The notes under the pieces are model-generated. The model ran no database searches and had not been told where the DNA came from. It was given only the letters and a program-made list of their open reading frames with translations. Below, piece after piece: positions 49,287 through 60,468 of a DNA stretch of 64,000 bases. A program made the translations under genes and the position numbers. Location of the stretch: NCBI GenBank assembly GCA_963729795.1, contig CAVSPC010000054.1:1-64000 (forward strand), read 5' to 3'. Numbering within the stretch: position 1 is the first letter of the stretch; every line of letters starts with the position of its first letter. Source of the stretch: an uncultured delta proteobacterium (lineage in GTDB: Bacteria; Desulfobacterota; Desulfomonilia; Desulfomonilales; Desulfomonilaceae).

Positions 49287-51251
49287 ATGGAGAATGCTCC
49301 CAAATGGTACGACGCCCATCTGGAGGAGTATCGAAAGATCGCGTACATCAAAAGCATGGAGGAGTACAAGGAACTTTACAGGCGCTCACTCGAAGACGTA
49401 GACAACTTCTGGGGTCAAGCGGCCAAGGAATATATATCCTGGTACAAGGATTGGGATTTCGTGCTCCGCTACGACTTTGAGAAGGCCAATATTGAATGGT
49501 TCGGTGGAGGCGTCCTTAATGTCACTTACAACTGCCTGGACAGACACCTGGACCAGCTACGGAATAAAGTGGCCTATTACTGGGAGGGAGATAATCCAGC
49601 CGAATCTCGGGTCGTGACCTATCTCGAACTTTACAAAGAAGTGAACAAATTCGCGGCAGTATTGAAAGCCCAGGGTATCAAGAAGGGAGATCGGGTGATC
49701 ATTTACATGCCGATGATCGTTGAACTCCCTGTCGCCATGTTGGCTTGTGCGAGAATCGGGGCCATCCACTGCGTTATATTCGGCGGATTCAGCGCCGAAT
49801 CCATCGCGAGTCGGATCGAAGATTGCAAGGCGAAGATGGTTGTGACCGTAGACGGCGGTTACCGGGCCGGTAAGCAGCTCAACCTGAAAGCCAATGTTGA
49901 TGAGGCATTGAAGCGATGTCCCGAAGTGGAAAAGGTCATCGTATTTAACCGTGTCCCGAGCTTGAATCTTCAGCTCGATCCGAAAAAGGAATTCTGGTGG
50001 CACGAACTGATGTCTGATCCGGCTCTGCCATCCTATGTCGAACCGGAGCGCATGGATGCGGAAGACCCGCTGTTTATACTTTACACCAGCGGCAGTACCG
50101 GGAAACCCAAGGGCGTGTTGCATACCCAGGCCGGGTACTTGCTAAATGTGGCCATGACCACCAAGCTGGTCTTCGATCTGAAGCCGGAGGAAACGTTTTG
50201 GTGTACCGCAGATATCGGCTGGGTGACCGGTCACAGTTACATAGTCTACGGGCCGCTGTGCTGTGGATTCACCAGTGTGATGTTCGAAGGTGTTCCCAGC
50301 TATCCCGATTTTGACCGATTCTGGGCCATTGTCGAAAAACTCCATGTTGACAAATTCTATACCGCACCCACGGCCATCCGGGCCTTGGCCAAAGAAGGCA
50401 GCGCCCATGTGGAGAAACATGATGTCTCCAGCCTCAAGCTTCTCGGAACCGTCGGAGAACCCATCAACCCCGAGGCATGGAGATGGTATTACCACTATGT
50501 GGGGCGTGACTGGTGCCCCATTGTGGACACATGGTGGCAAACGGAAACCGGCGCACAGTTGATGACCCCGCTGCCCGGGGTGGCTCCAATCAAGCCAGGT
50601 TCTTGCTCTTTCCCATTCTTCGGGGTTGATCCGGTCATTCTGGATCCTGAAACCGGCGAAGAAGTAAAGTATCCGAACGAGGAAGGGGCTCTTTTCATAA
50701 AAAGGCCGTGGCCGGGGATGATGAGAACGGTTTTCGGCGATCATGAACGATTCAGAGAAACCTACTTCTCGCGGGTCCCGGGGCTTTACTTTACCGGGGA
50801 CGGTGCCAAGAAGGATGAAGATGGATATTACTGGATCATCGGCCGCATCGACGACGTCATCAATGTTTCAGGGCATCGCATGGGAACTGCGGAAGTGGAA
50901 TCTGCACTCGTCCTTCACAACGACGTTGCAGAAGCCGCCGTGGTCGGTTTTCCGCATCCGATAAAGGGGCAGGGGATCTATGCGTTCGTCACCCTTAATA
51001 CCGGAGTGACAAAGTCAGAAGACTTGAAGAAGGAACTGGTCAAGCTAGTGCGAACCCAAATCGGTCCCATCGCTACCCCGGACGTGATTCAATGGGCTGA
51101 TGGCTTGCCAAAAACCCGCAGCGGAAAAATTATGAGACGTATCCTGAAGAAGATAGCCGCGGGTCAGGTCGAAGATCTCGGGGACACCACCACTCTGGCG
51201 GATCCGTCAGTTATGGAAGGCCTTGTAAAACAGCGTGGCGAGATCAAATAA
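49287..51251 (+). CDS. acs: Acetyl-CoA synthetase (AMP-forming)
   Basis: 654 aa with the canonical Acs N-terminus, the [11 protein letters not shown] motif, WWQTETG and the C-terminal [11 protein letters not shown] motif. GAGGAGG RBS. Confidence 0.95.
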   Translation: MENAPKWYDAHLEEYRKIAYIKSMEEYKELYRRSLEDVDNFWGQAAKEYISWYKDWDFVLRYDFEKANIEWFGGGVLNVTYNCLDRHLDQLRNKVAYYWEGDNPAESRVVTYLELYKEVNKFAAVLKAQGIKKGDRVIIYMPMIVELPVAMLACARIGAIHCVIFGGFSAESIASRIEDCKAKMVVTVDGGYRAGKQLNLKANVDEALKRCPEVEKVIVFNRVPSLNLQLDPKKEFWWHELMSDPALPSYVEPERMDAEDPLFILYTSGSTGKPKGVLHTQAGYLLNVAMTTKLVFDLKPEETFWCTADIGWVTGHSYIVYGPLCCGFTSVMFEGVPSYPDFDRFWAIVEKLHVDKFYTAPTAIRALAKEGSAHVEKHDVSSLKLLGTVGEPINPEAWRWYYHYVGRDWCPIVDTWWQTETGAQLMTPLPGVAPIKPGSCSFPFFGVDPVILDPETGEEVKYPNEEGALFIKRPWPGMMRTVFGDHERFRETYFSRVPGLYFTGDGAKKDEDGYYWIIGRIDDVINVSGHRMGTAEVESALVLHNDVAEAAVVGFPHPIKGQGIYAFVTLNTGVTKSEDLKKELVKLVRTQIGPIATPDVIQWADGLPKTRSGKIMRRILKKIAAGQVEDLGDTTTLADPSVMEGLVKQRGEIK

Positions 51252-51615
51252 TCAGCAAAAAGGTGAAGGCGGGCGTTTCGCAATGTCGGCGACCTGAGCA
51301 CGGGCGAGACGCCCGGTCTTCACTTAACGTCTCAGATGTATTACTCACCAAACCGCCCCAAAATCATCTAATTCGTAAGGCCACCTGAGACCCCTCGCAA
51401 ATTAACGTAGTATTGCGCTTGGACTACACCAAAAATCTTGTGACTGAAATGGCTGATCGGCTTGTGCTATTCTCTCGTATGTGAGATTTTGCCTATGCCC
51501 ACAGCGGAGGCCCTGCAACTGACACACAGACATAAGACAAGGAGATCGGAAGAGGTTCTGGCCAACGGGGAGTGGCAGCGGAATTGGAAGCGATAGAGAT
51601 AGAAGGGAGAATTTT

Positions 51616-51816
51616 AACAAGAAATATAAACCAGTACTTCGGCATTCAAAAGAAGGCTATAGTATTTCTGTTCCAGGTCTTCCTGGATGTTGGTCCCCGG
51701 GAGTTACGGAGGAAGAGGCCACTGAAAATATCCGAGATGCAATCCATGAGTATTTGGCGGTTATGGACGACTTGTTCCCTGACGCGGAAGTCCGTGAAAT
51801 AGAGGTAGCAATATAA
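51616..51816 (+). CDS. hicB: HicB-like (UPF0150 family) antitoxin. The start codon is unresolved.
   Basis: Frame read manually: KKYKPVLRHSKEGYSISVPGLPGCWSPGVTEEEATENIRDAIHEYLAVMDDLFPDAEVREIEVAI*. This matches the HicB GY..VP.LPGC.SQG.T.EEA..N..EAI motif. A strong AAGGGAG SD is at 51603-09, but no canonical ATG/GTG/TTG lies at the expected distance, so the 5' end is uncertain by about 12 nt. Confidence 0.45.
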   Translation, partial: NKKYKPVLRHSKEGYSISVPGLPGCWSPGVTEEEATENIRDAIHEYLAVMDDLFPDAEVREIEVAI

Positions 51817-51820
51817 CCTC

Positions 51821-52032
51821 ATGGGCAAGATTCCAGGTAGTGACCACTTGGCTGCCGTACGTGCTTTGAAAAATCCGGCTTTCATATTGTGCGTGAGGGG
51901 AAACACATCGTCATGTCGGATGGCCTCAAAACGCTTACTATTCTCAGGCATGATCCGGTAAATGCATATACTGTGGGCGACATTGTTCGTGAAGCCGGCC
52001 TTACACCTGAAGAGTTCAAACAATTGCTGTGA
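51821..52032 (+). pseudogene. hicA: HicA-like mRNA interferase toxin with a frameshift in an A5 homopolymer at about 51869-51873
   Basis: The ATG at 51821 gives MGKIPGSDHLAAVRALK. The correct continuation ...KSGFHIVREGKHIVMSDGLKTLTILRHDPVNAYTVGDIVREAGLTPEEFKQLL* is in the +2 frame. One extra A in the run TTGAAAAAT would restore a 70-aa YcfA/HicA protein. Confidence 0.5.
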
Positions 52033-52254
52033 CCGAGAATTGAACTCATCATTTGTAATGGCGGGTTTGACCGCTCAGAACCGTTAGTGATATATTGGCT
52101 GGACAATACAGTTGGGAATGTTTATCGAGTCTGATCCATCATCGGTTTTACTGCGCCCAGACCTTTCCAGAGACGCCGATGGACCTACGCACAGTACGGC
52201 CATCGAATCTTTGCCGGGGCGCTCATCAAAATCCATCAAGTATGGAAAAGCGAA

Positions 52255-52743
52255 ATGACTTCGCTTGATCGTATCTCCAGAGTTGACAAGACGGGCTGCC
52301 CATTTGAAGTAGGCAAATGCAACCCTGAATCTTCATCTGAAATCAAGAAAATGTATGACGGGTTCCCGAGGTTGGCCATAAGTCAAGGGCTTCCACCCGC
52401 GCAAAAAGAAGTCAGGGATAGGTGGATTGAAAAGCTTTTGGAATTCGGCAGAAACTTCTTGGCTTGGTCGGAAGGCAATGCCGTGGGTCATGCAGCGGTA
52501 ATTCCGGATTTCGACAGAGGCGATGGAGAATACGTAATATTTGTCAGCGCACCGTTTCGCAATCGCGGGTTCGGTACTGCCCTTACGGAACTAGCCATTG
52601 ACGATGCCAAGACTATTGGTTTGAGAAGGCTGTGGCTTACCGTCGAAGCGTTCAATTTCAGGGCTATACGACTTTATCGAAACGCCGGATTCACAGCCTT
52701 AGATCATGGCGAAAGAGAATTGACAATGATTATGAGACTTTGA
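52255..52743 (+). CDS. GNAT-family N-acetyltransferase, a candidate protein lysine acetyltransferase
   Basis: 162 aa with the GNAT motif A (RNRGFGTALTELAI). It is a paralog of the GNAT at 61499..62005, sharing the blocks QGLPP, GHAAVIPDF..GDGEYVIFV and LWLTVE..NFRAIRLY. Confidence 0.75.
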   Translation: MTSLDRISRVDKTGCPFEVGKCNPESSSEIKKMYDGFPRLAISQGLPPAQKEVRDRWIEKLLEFGRNFLAWSEGNAVGHAAVIPDFDRGDGEYVIFVSAPFRNRGFGTALTELAIDDAKTIGLRRLWLTVEAFNFRAIRLYRNAGFTALDHGERELTMIMRL

Positions 52744-52957
52744 TTAGTGGGGACGGCCGTCCGATCCTCGTGAGGCGTTGCCGATTCCAAAACATACCAC
52801 TCGATACTTCAACGTCCGAGATTTTCAACAAAATCCGTAAACAAATTGACAGCCCCACCGCAGACTGTTATGGTGCCATGCTAGATTCCCGGTCGGGGCG
52901 CATGTGTCCCCGTGCTCGAAATGGTTGAACTGGGAGATAGGGCTGCGCAGATCAATC

Positions 52958-53383
52958 ATGAGTAGATTTCTAACACCGATACGCGAGACAAAGCTCAGGA
53001 TTTTAATGTGTCTTGCAGTGGCCGCACTTGTCCAACCTCATCTGGTGTGGTGTTTTGAGGCAAGCGGGCAGATCAACGTAGAGGGCCCGGTGTATTGTTG
53101 TGATTTGCCGGTTTCCTCCGCCCAATCCGGAGATCACTCCCTTTGGAAGCCTTGCTGCGAGTCTTGTGACTCCTGCTTTGACGTCCCTATATCGCTGACA
53201 GCGTTGAAGGGGGATGCGTCGGCAACAAAGGTGACATTGAAAGTGCAAGGAGCCCAATATGTAGTTCCAGCAGGTCTCCATTCCGAACGTACTTTTATTC
53301 CGTCATGTGCCTACAATTCCTGCCATTCTCACCTATGTAGTCAATCTCTTCATGCAGTCCAATCGACAGTTCTTCTTATTTGA
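52958..53383 (+). CDS. Hypothetical Cys-rich exported protein
   Basis: Putative signal peptide MSRFLTPIRETKLRILMCLAVAALV. About 15 Cys residues, including CC and CCESCDSC. It sits upstream of the metal-efflux genes. Confidence 0.3.
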   Translation: MSRFLTPIRETKLRILMCLAVAALVQPHLVWCFEASGQINVEGPVYCCDLPVSSAQSGDHSLWKPCCESCDSCFDVPISLTALKGDASATKVTLKVQGAQYVVPAGLHSERTFIPSCAYNSCHSHLCSQSLHAVQSTVLLI

Positions 53384-53591
53384 TCCTCTCCAAAAGTAGA
53401 TTTGCTGCGTCTCGCCTAGAAAAGAGCGTGTAGCGGTCTGCTGTCTTCAAGCATCATCTATCCAAGACGATTACATTCTGGGGGTGTGTTCTAACACAGA
53501 AAGAAGTCAGGGCAGATCACCAGAGAAAACTGCAGCATGCACTCTGCATCTTCCGAGATGCGCTGCAAATGCAGCACAGAGGAGAGGTACA

Positions 53592-53828
53592 ATGAAAAGA
53601 CTCACCGCTATTTTGGCTCTTATCATCTTATTGGCTCCGATTTCCGTGGCCTTATCGAGGGGAGGCAACTTCACTTATATACTCGACCAACGGTGGAAAC
53701 GCGAACAGGCCTTCCAAAAGAGGCAAGACGAAAAGTTTAAGAGGCTTGAACGTGAGGCTGACAGAGCAATGGTGTCTCCCAATCCGGCCCGAAATGTCCG
53801 TCCGAGGGGAACTTTCAGGAATCCTTAG
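53592..53828 (+). CDS. Small secreted basic protein
   Basis: Signal peptide MKRLTAILALIILLAPISVALS. GGAGAGG RBS. It ends 24 nt before the adaptor-subunit gene. Confidence 0.45.
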   Translation: MKRLTAILALIILLAPISVALSRGGNFTYILDQRWKREQAFQKRQDEKFKRLEREADRAMVSPNPARNVRPRGTFRNP

Positions 53829-53851
53829 CCCCTTCAGATACAGAGGAAGCA

Positions 53852-55117
53852 ATGAAACACGAGTGGAAGTCTATCTTTGTGGTAGCGATCGTAGCCGTTG
53901 TACTGCTAGCTGCTTTGGCGAGCCGTAACTTCGTGCGGGCATCCGTTTCCCTGGCTCAGCCTCAAAAGAGTGAGAAGACCATAAACAAGAAGGGCTTTGA
54001 GAATCATGATAAGGCGGAACACCGAGAAAGTCACGAATACGGAGAGAAACATGAAGATGAGAAATACATAATTCTCCCCCCGGAAGAGATGGAACGTTTC
54101 GGAATCGAAGTTAAAACTGCCGGACCGGGCAGGCTCCGCAGCAGTTTGACTTTCCCTGCCGAAATCACGGTCAATTGGGACCACACTGCTCAAATTGTGC
54201 CCCGATTGACGGGTGCGGTGAGCGAAGTTCGGAAAAACATCGGGGATACCGTGAGCGCCGGTGAAGTGATGGCTGTCATTGAGAGCAGACAACTTGCGGA
54301 AGCTAAGGCGAAATATTTGACGGCGTTGTCCAAGGTGGAGCTTGCTCAGAGGAATTTCACGAAATACGAGAGCCTCTTCAAAGATCGGTTGGTTACTGAA
54401 AAACAACTTCTCGAAATGAAAAACGCTTCTGAAGAGGCTGACATTGAGCGGCGATCGTACAAACAAAAGCTTTTGGCTATGGGCTTATCGGCAGATGACC
54501 TGAAAAAGCTTCCCAGGTGTCCAGAGGATGACTCATTGACCAGATACGAAGTCGTCGCTCCGTTCACAGGGACGGTCCTCAGCAAACGAATAACCCTTGG
54601 AGAGATGAGAAAAGACGACTACGGAGCCTTCGTAATTTCGGACTTGGGCTCTGTGTGGGCAAATGTCAACGTTTCACAGAAAGATCTGCCGTACGTGAAG
54701 CGAGGCCAGACAGTCACCATTTCCACGGGCAACGGTATTCCTGATGCTCAAGGGGTCATCGCATATCTGGTACCCGTGCTTGGGGATAAAACGCGGTCGG
54801 CCGTCGCTCGGGTCGTCCTTCCGAACCCCAAGAGGGAATGGACGCCGGGACTCTTTGTGACTGCGAAGGTTACGGTAAAGACTGTCGACGTGGCCATGCT
54901 TGTTCCTAAAGCTGCTGTGCAGACCATCGAAGGAAAATCTGTGGTCTTCGTCCGGAAAGGTGAGGGCTTTGAGGCTCGGACAGTGAAGATCGGTCGCCAG
55001 AATGGAACTGAGGTCGAGATCGTTTCAGGTATTGATGCCGGGGATAAGGTTGTGAGCAAGCAGAGTTTTCTGCTCAAAGCCGATCTGGGGAAGTCTGAAG
55101 CTAAAGACAACGACTGA
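53852..55117 (+). CDS. Efflux RND periplasmic adaptor subunit, heavy-metal type (CzcB/CusB-like)
   Basis: 421 aa with a signal anchor, a His/Glu-rich N-terminal segment (HDKAEHRESHEYGEKHEDEKY), biotinyl-lipoyl-like and beta-barrel domains. GAGGAAG RBS. Confidence 0.85.
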   Translation: MKHEWKSIFVVAIVAVVLLAALASRNFVRASVSLAQPQKSEKTINKKGFENHDKAEHRESHEYGEKHEDEKYIILPPEEMERFGIEVKTAGPGRLRSSLTFPAEITVNWDHTAQIVPRLTGAVSEVRKNIGDTVSAGEVMAVIESRQLAEAKAKYLTALSKVELAQRNFTKYESLFKDRLVTEKQLLEMKNASEEADIERRSYKQKLLAMGLSADDLKKLPRCPEDDSLTRYEVVAPFTGTVLSKRITLGEMRKDDYGAFVISDLGSVWANVNVSQKDLPYVKRGQTVTISTGNGIPDAQGVIAYLVPVLGDKTRSAVARVVLPNPKREWTPGLFVTAKVTVKTVDVAMLVPKAAVQTIEGKSVVFVRKGEGFEARTVKIGRQNGTEVEIVSGIDAGDKVVSKQSFLLKADLGKSEAKDND

Positions 55118-55400
55118 CGCCGGCCGCTGAATCTGCCGGAAATAGGTATAGTCCGCTTGCTAAAATGGCATGCGGAAGAAGGCGGGCGGCTGGGAATAAG
55201 CAAAAATGACTGAGCATTCCTTTTCGCAAATACGGTGACGTTAAGACCCGGTACGGAAGAAGATTGCTTTGCTACGCTCGCAATGACAGGTAGTGGGAAT
55301 GTCATTGCGAGGAGTGAAATCCCGCGTTCCCGCGGGAAAGCAATCTCCACTGTGAAAATACGTGGCCGAATTTATGAAACAGAGTACTAAGGTGTAGTTC

Positions 55401-58400
55401 ATGCTCGAACGTATATTGAAATTTTCTATTGAACACAGATTTCTCATTGTTCTCGGGATTGCGGCGCTTGCAGGGATCGGGGTGTATTCGTTACAGCGAT
55501 TGCCGATTGATGCCGTACCTGACATCACTCCAAATCAAGTTCAAATCAACACCGTCGTTGCCGGGCTGTCCCCGGTCGAAATTGAAAAACAGGTCACGTT
55601 CCCACTGGAGACGGCATTGGCGGGGATTCCCGGTCTTATCGGCACCAGGTCCCTGTCGCGAAATGGCTTCTCGCAAGTTGTCGCGGTGTTCGGGGACAAC
55701 ATAGACATTTACTTTGGCAGGCAGCAGGTCAATGAGAGGCTGCTCGAAGCCCGAAGGACCCTGCCTGCCGGGGCAGAGCCTCAAATGGGGGCCATAACCA
55801 CGGGCCTTGGCGAGGTATACGTTTGGACCGTCGACTATGAACATCCCGGCGGAAAGGGCGCTCAGATAAAGGATGATTCACCCGGATGGCAAAGTGACGG
55901 CACTTATTTGACGCCCGAGGGCCACAGATTGGCCACCGGACTGGAACGAATGGCGTATCTCCGAACCGTCCAAGACTGGATCATTCGTCCTCAACTCAAA
56001 GGATTGAACGGCGTAGCCGACGTGGATGCGATCGGCGGGTATGAAAAGAAATATCAAGTTCAGCCGGACCCGATGAAGCTCTATTCGTACGGATTTTCGT
56101 TCAAGGATCTCATCGAAGCGATACAGCGGAACAATTTGAGCACAGGGGCCGGATACATCGAGCGCCAAGGCGAATCTTATGTGGTGCGAGCCGAAGGGCG
56201 AATCGCAAGCGAAGATCAGATTGCCGCCATCGTGGCTGGCGACGCGAGCCGGAATTCCGATCCACATCCATGATGTGGCGACTGTTTCCATAGGAAAGGA
56301 GTTGAGGACCGGCAGCGCGAGTGAAAACGGGCGGGAATTGGTTGTGGGAACGGCTTGGATGCTCGTAGGAGCGAATAGCCGAACCGTTGCCGCTGCGGTG
56401 GCGGCGAAATTGGACAAGATCAACTCAACGCTCCCCGCGGACATTCATGCCAAACCCGTCCTAAGCCGAGTGAAGTTGGTCGACGCCACCATCGCTACGG
56501 TGAGGCGGAATTTAACCGAAGGTGCATTATTGGTAATTACCGTGTTGTTTCTTTTGTTGGGGAACTTCCGCGCGGCACTGATTACTGCCGCTGCCATTCC
56601 CCTTTCCATGCTTATGGCAGCCACAGGCATGGTGCAGATGAAGATCAGCGGAAACCTCATGAGCCTCGGAGCTATTGACTTTGGCCTCATTGTGGATGGG
56701 GCAGTGATTATCATAGAAAATTGCTTGCGCCGACTGGGAGAGAGGCAACATGAACTCGGTCGTTTGCTGACCCTGCCGGAGCGTCTGCAAGAAGTCATGG
56801 TCGCAAGTAAGGAGATGATTCAACCCTCGGTCTTCGGTCAAGCCATCATAATAACAGTGTATTTTCCCATTCTCTCTCTGACGGGCGTAGAGGGCAAGAT
56901 GTTTCATCCTATGGCAACGACCGTCATACTGGCCCTTGTGTCTGCCTTTATCCTTTCTATGACGTTCGTTCCCGCGATGGTTGCGATCGTTATCAGGGGA
57001 CGGGTGAAAGAGACGAAGAACTTGTTGATGCGAATCGCCGAACGGGCATATGAGCCTTGCTTGAGACTGGCGATTCAATACAAGTTCACCGTCGTACTCG
57101 CGGCAGTAGCACTCTTTGCCGCATCCTTGCTCCTTTTTGGGCGATTGGGCCAGGAATTTGTCCCGACACTGGACGAAAAAGACCTGTTGATTCAGCCCGC
57201 CCGTATTCCCAGCACAAGCCTCACCCAGTCTACGACGATGCAGTTTGAAGTTGAAAGGACGATAAAGGGATTTTCGGAGGTAGCTTTAGTCTATTCAAAA
57301 ACTGGAACCGCGGAAATGGCAACTGATCCGATGCCGCCCAACTTGTCGGACACCTTTGTAATTCTCAAACCACGCAAACAGTGGCCCGACCCTGACGAAC
57401 CCAAACAGGAGCTGATAGAGCGGCTTGAAAAGGCACTGAAGAAATTGCCGGGCAACAATTACGAGTTCACCCAGCCGATTCAGATGCGTTTCAACGAACT
57501 CATAGCAGGGGTTCGGAGTGACGTTGCGGTGAAGCTTTACGGGGACAGTTTCGAAGATATGGTGAAGACGGCAAACACCATTGCCGGGGTAATCAAGAAA
57601 GTTCAGGGGGCAGCAGACGTGAAGGTGGAGCAGACACAGGGGGCTCCTACCATAGAGGTGAAAACGGATCGTTCGGCCATCTCACGCTACGGATTAAGCA
57701 TGGCGGATGTCCATGATGCCGTGGCAATTGCTGTCGGCGGCAGAGAAGCAGGGCTGGTTTTTGAAGGAGACCGGCGATTCGACATCATCGTCAGGCTGCC
57801 TGAAACTCTACGGAATGATGTTGAAGCCCTTGAAACCTTGCCTGTGCCTCTTCCAAAAGCAGGAGAAGGAAGAGTACTTCTCACGACTCTCTCCAGAAAT
57901 CCTGAACAAAAAGAAGCGCCTGAGAAAAAGGAATCAGAGAGACGGTACTTTGTTCCTCTTAAGGCAGTAGCCAAGATAGAAGTTAAAGAAGGCCTTAACC
58001 AGGTCAGCCGGGAAAACGGCAAACGCCGAGTGGTTGTACAGGCGAACGTGAGGGGACGGGACCTCGGTTCCTTCGTTGCAGAGGCTCAACAAAAGATTGG
58101 CCGTCAAGTAAAAATCCCTCCAGGGCAATGGTTGGATTGGGGCGGGCAGTTCGAGAACCTTTTGGCTGCAAGAAAACGACTGAGTATTGTAATTCCGGTC
58201 TGTCTCTTTTCGATTTTCTTGCTGCTGTTCAGCGCTTTCAACTCGGTGAAATACGCCTTGCTCGTATTCACCGGCGTCCCGTTGGCTTTAACGGGAGGGA
58301 TTGTTTCTCTTTGGGTGCGAGGGATGCCTTTTTCCATAACTGCCGCCGTAGGGTTCATCGCTCTTGCCGGTGTTGCTGTTCTCAACGGTCTGGTCATGGT

Positions 58401-58689
58401 CACCTTGATCAATCAGTTACGGCAACAGGGGACGCCTCCGGACGAGGCACTTGTCGCGGGGTCGTTGAAGAGACTGCGGCCCGTGCTCATGACGGCACTT
58501 GTTGCGTCTTTGGGGTTTGTTCCGATGGCTCTGTCAACCGGAACCGGAGCTGAGGTACAAAGACCCTTGGCTACCGTAGTCATCGGTGGATTGATCTCAA
58601 GTACTGCCTTGACGCTGCTGGTATTGCCGGCACTGTACGCAATTCTTGCCGGGAAAGACGCTGTAGGTGAGAGTCTAAATCGGGAGTAG
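55401..58689 (+). pseudogene. Heavy-metal-efflux RND transporter (CzcA/CusA family) interrupted by a +1 frameshift at about 56235
   Basis: ORF 55401..56273 is MLERILKFSIEHRFLIVLG..., a CzcA N-terminus. ORF 56179..58689 holds the rest of the roughly 1090-aa pump. The frames join as ...DQIAAIV | LATRAGIPIHIHDVATV if one extra G in ATCGTG-G-CTGGCG is removed. Confidence 0.85.
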
Positions 58690-58707
58690 AAGTGCCGCAG
58701 CCTTCCG

Positions 58708-60447
58708 TCAGACTTCGTGTTCGGAAAAAGGCTCGTCTTGTAAGCCCAATAAATCACCCTCAGGAAGACCCAACTCGCGCGCCCTTAAGACTCTCCTTAG
58801 GAGTTTACCGGATCGTGTTTTGGGAAGCTCGCTGATGAAGTCAACCTCATTCAACTGTACTGCGGAGGAAATATTGGATCTGAGGAAAGCTCTGATTTCA
58901 TGCCGTAACCGCATCGACGGTTTGTAGCCTTCCGAGACCGTGACGAACGCCTTTAGTGAAGATTTTCCCTGAGAAACTTCCTTAGAAATTACGGCAGCTT
59001 CGTGCACGGCAGGATGTCTACACAGAACCTGTTCAATCTCATAGGGGCCGACAATTTTCTCGCCGAACTTGATAAGATCGTCCATACGCCCTTGATGAAA
59101 AAAGTATCCATCTTCGTCTACAATGGCCATGTCACCGGTCAGGAACCAGCCGGGGAGCCGAAAATATGCCCGGTATCTCAGTTTGTCCTGCCATATCTCT
59201 CTCATCATGGCGGGCCACCCGGGCTTAAGGGCTAACTGGCCCAATGTGAGCATGGGAAGCTTCTCCCCGTCTTCAGACACAATCGCAGCTTCGACTCCAG
59301 GTACCGGCTTTCCCATCGATCCTGGCTTGACGTCCATTGACGGGAAATTAGCGAGGCATATCATCCCGGTCTCGGTCATCCACCATGTGTCGTGTGGAGA
59401 CAAGCCTATGTTGCCGCGGACCCAGTGGAACAGCTCCGGCCCAAGCGCTTCACCGACGGTACAAATGTGGCGCAGATTTGAAAAGTCGTATCTCGGGGGC
59501 AGATCCTCGCCTGCATCCATGAGTTTTCGAATTCGACTTGGAGTGGTGTACCATACTTCGACTTTGTGCTTCTCCAGGGTGCGATACCAGCTTGACGCCG
59601 AGAACGGATCGGCCATAACTATTGAGGTTGCTCCACACAGCCAGGGAGCAAACGTGCCGTACATCGTACCCAATACCCAGGCAGGGTGCCCATCGGTCCA
59701 CAATAAGGTGCCTTCATTCAGCTCAAGTACGTATTTTGCCGTTAATTTGAGGCCCAGCATATCCTGATGTGAGTGAACAACCCCTTTGGGGGGGCCGGTG
59801 GATCCCGAAGTATATAAAAGGTAAAGCCGTGCATCCCGTTCGACCCACACAGTTTCGAATTCATCCGGCATTTCTTGAGCCAGGTTTTCGATAACCGACT
59901 CGCCTCGAAAAAGCCCTGGAGAAGGGCCTTCTGTGAGAAGGACGTGTTCGACGTCGGCCATTGCTTCAGGGGGGAGGTTCTCCGCCAGATCAGGATGAGT
60001 CAATATGATTGTCGGCGCAGCGTTACGAATACGGTCTTCAAGTTCGTCAAAAACCAATGTGGGATAAAGCGGACAGAATACCACTCCCATGCGGGCGCAG
60101 GCTATCATTGCGAAATATAGTTCAGGACACGGGTCAAGGTAAATAAACAACCGATCGCCCTTGGTCAAACCATAACGGGAAAGAAGATTGGCCCACTGGC
60201 AAGAAATTCTCCTTAAATCAAGATAGGTGAAGCTCTGCGTCTTCCCGGCCTTTTCCAAGATTAAAGCCTTGATGTGCGCTCTATCCGGCACATGGCGGTC
60301 GATGGCCTCAAACGCTATATTGGTAAGGTTAGGACCTTTCCATGCGAACTCCTCTTCTACTTTTGCCCAGGAGAAGGATCGGTACGCCTGGTCATAGGAA
60401 CTCAGGTTTGCTTCACTGCGTTCGGCTTTGATTCTAGATTTGATCAT
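58708..60447 (-). CDS. acsA: Acetyl-CoA synthetase, short Bacillus AcsA type (AMP-forming)
   Basis: 579 aa that aligns along its whole length with B. subtilis AcsA as I recall it: [57 protein letters not shown], and the ELGLPEGDL tail. Confidence 0.85.
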   Translation of the reverse strand: MIKSRIKAERSEANLSSYDQAYRSFSWAKVEEEFAWKGPNLTNIAFEAIDRHVPDRAHIKALILEKAGKTQSFTYLDLRRISCQWANLLSRYGLTKGDRLFIYLDPCPELYFAMIACARMGVVFCPLYPTLVFDELEDRIRNAAPTIILTHPDLAENLPPEAMADVEHVLLTEGPSPGLFRGESVIENLAQEMPDEFETVWVERDARLYLLYTSGSTGPPKGVVHSHQDMLGLKLTAKYVLELNEGTLLWTDGHPAWVLGTMYGTFAPWLCGATSIVMADPFSASSWYRTLEKHKVEVWYTTPSRIRKLMDAGEDLPPRYDFSNLRHICTVGEALGPELFHWVRGNIGLSPHDTWWMTETGMICLANFPSMDVKPGSMGKPVPGVEAAIVSEDGEKLPMLTLGQLALKPGWPAMMREIWQDKLRYRAYFRLPGWFLTGDMAIVDEDGYFFHQGRMDDLIKFGEKIVGPYEIEQVLCRHPAVHEAAVISKEVSQGKSSLKAFVTVSEGYKPSMRLRHEIRAFLRSNISSAVQLNEVDFISELPKTRSGKLLRRVLRARELGLPEGDLLGLQDEPFSEHEV

Positions 60448-60468
60448 GAGCCGGTTCCCTGCGGAGTA

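Noticed and set aside
49557-50744. 188-aa and 200-aa minus-strand ORFs
   Set aside because: They are antisense to acs.
56445-57078. 117-aa and 183-aa minus-strand ORFs
   Set aside because: They are antisense to the czcA-type pump gene.
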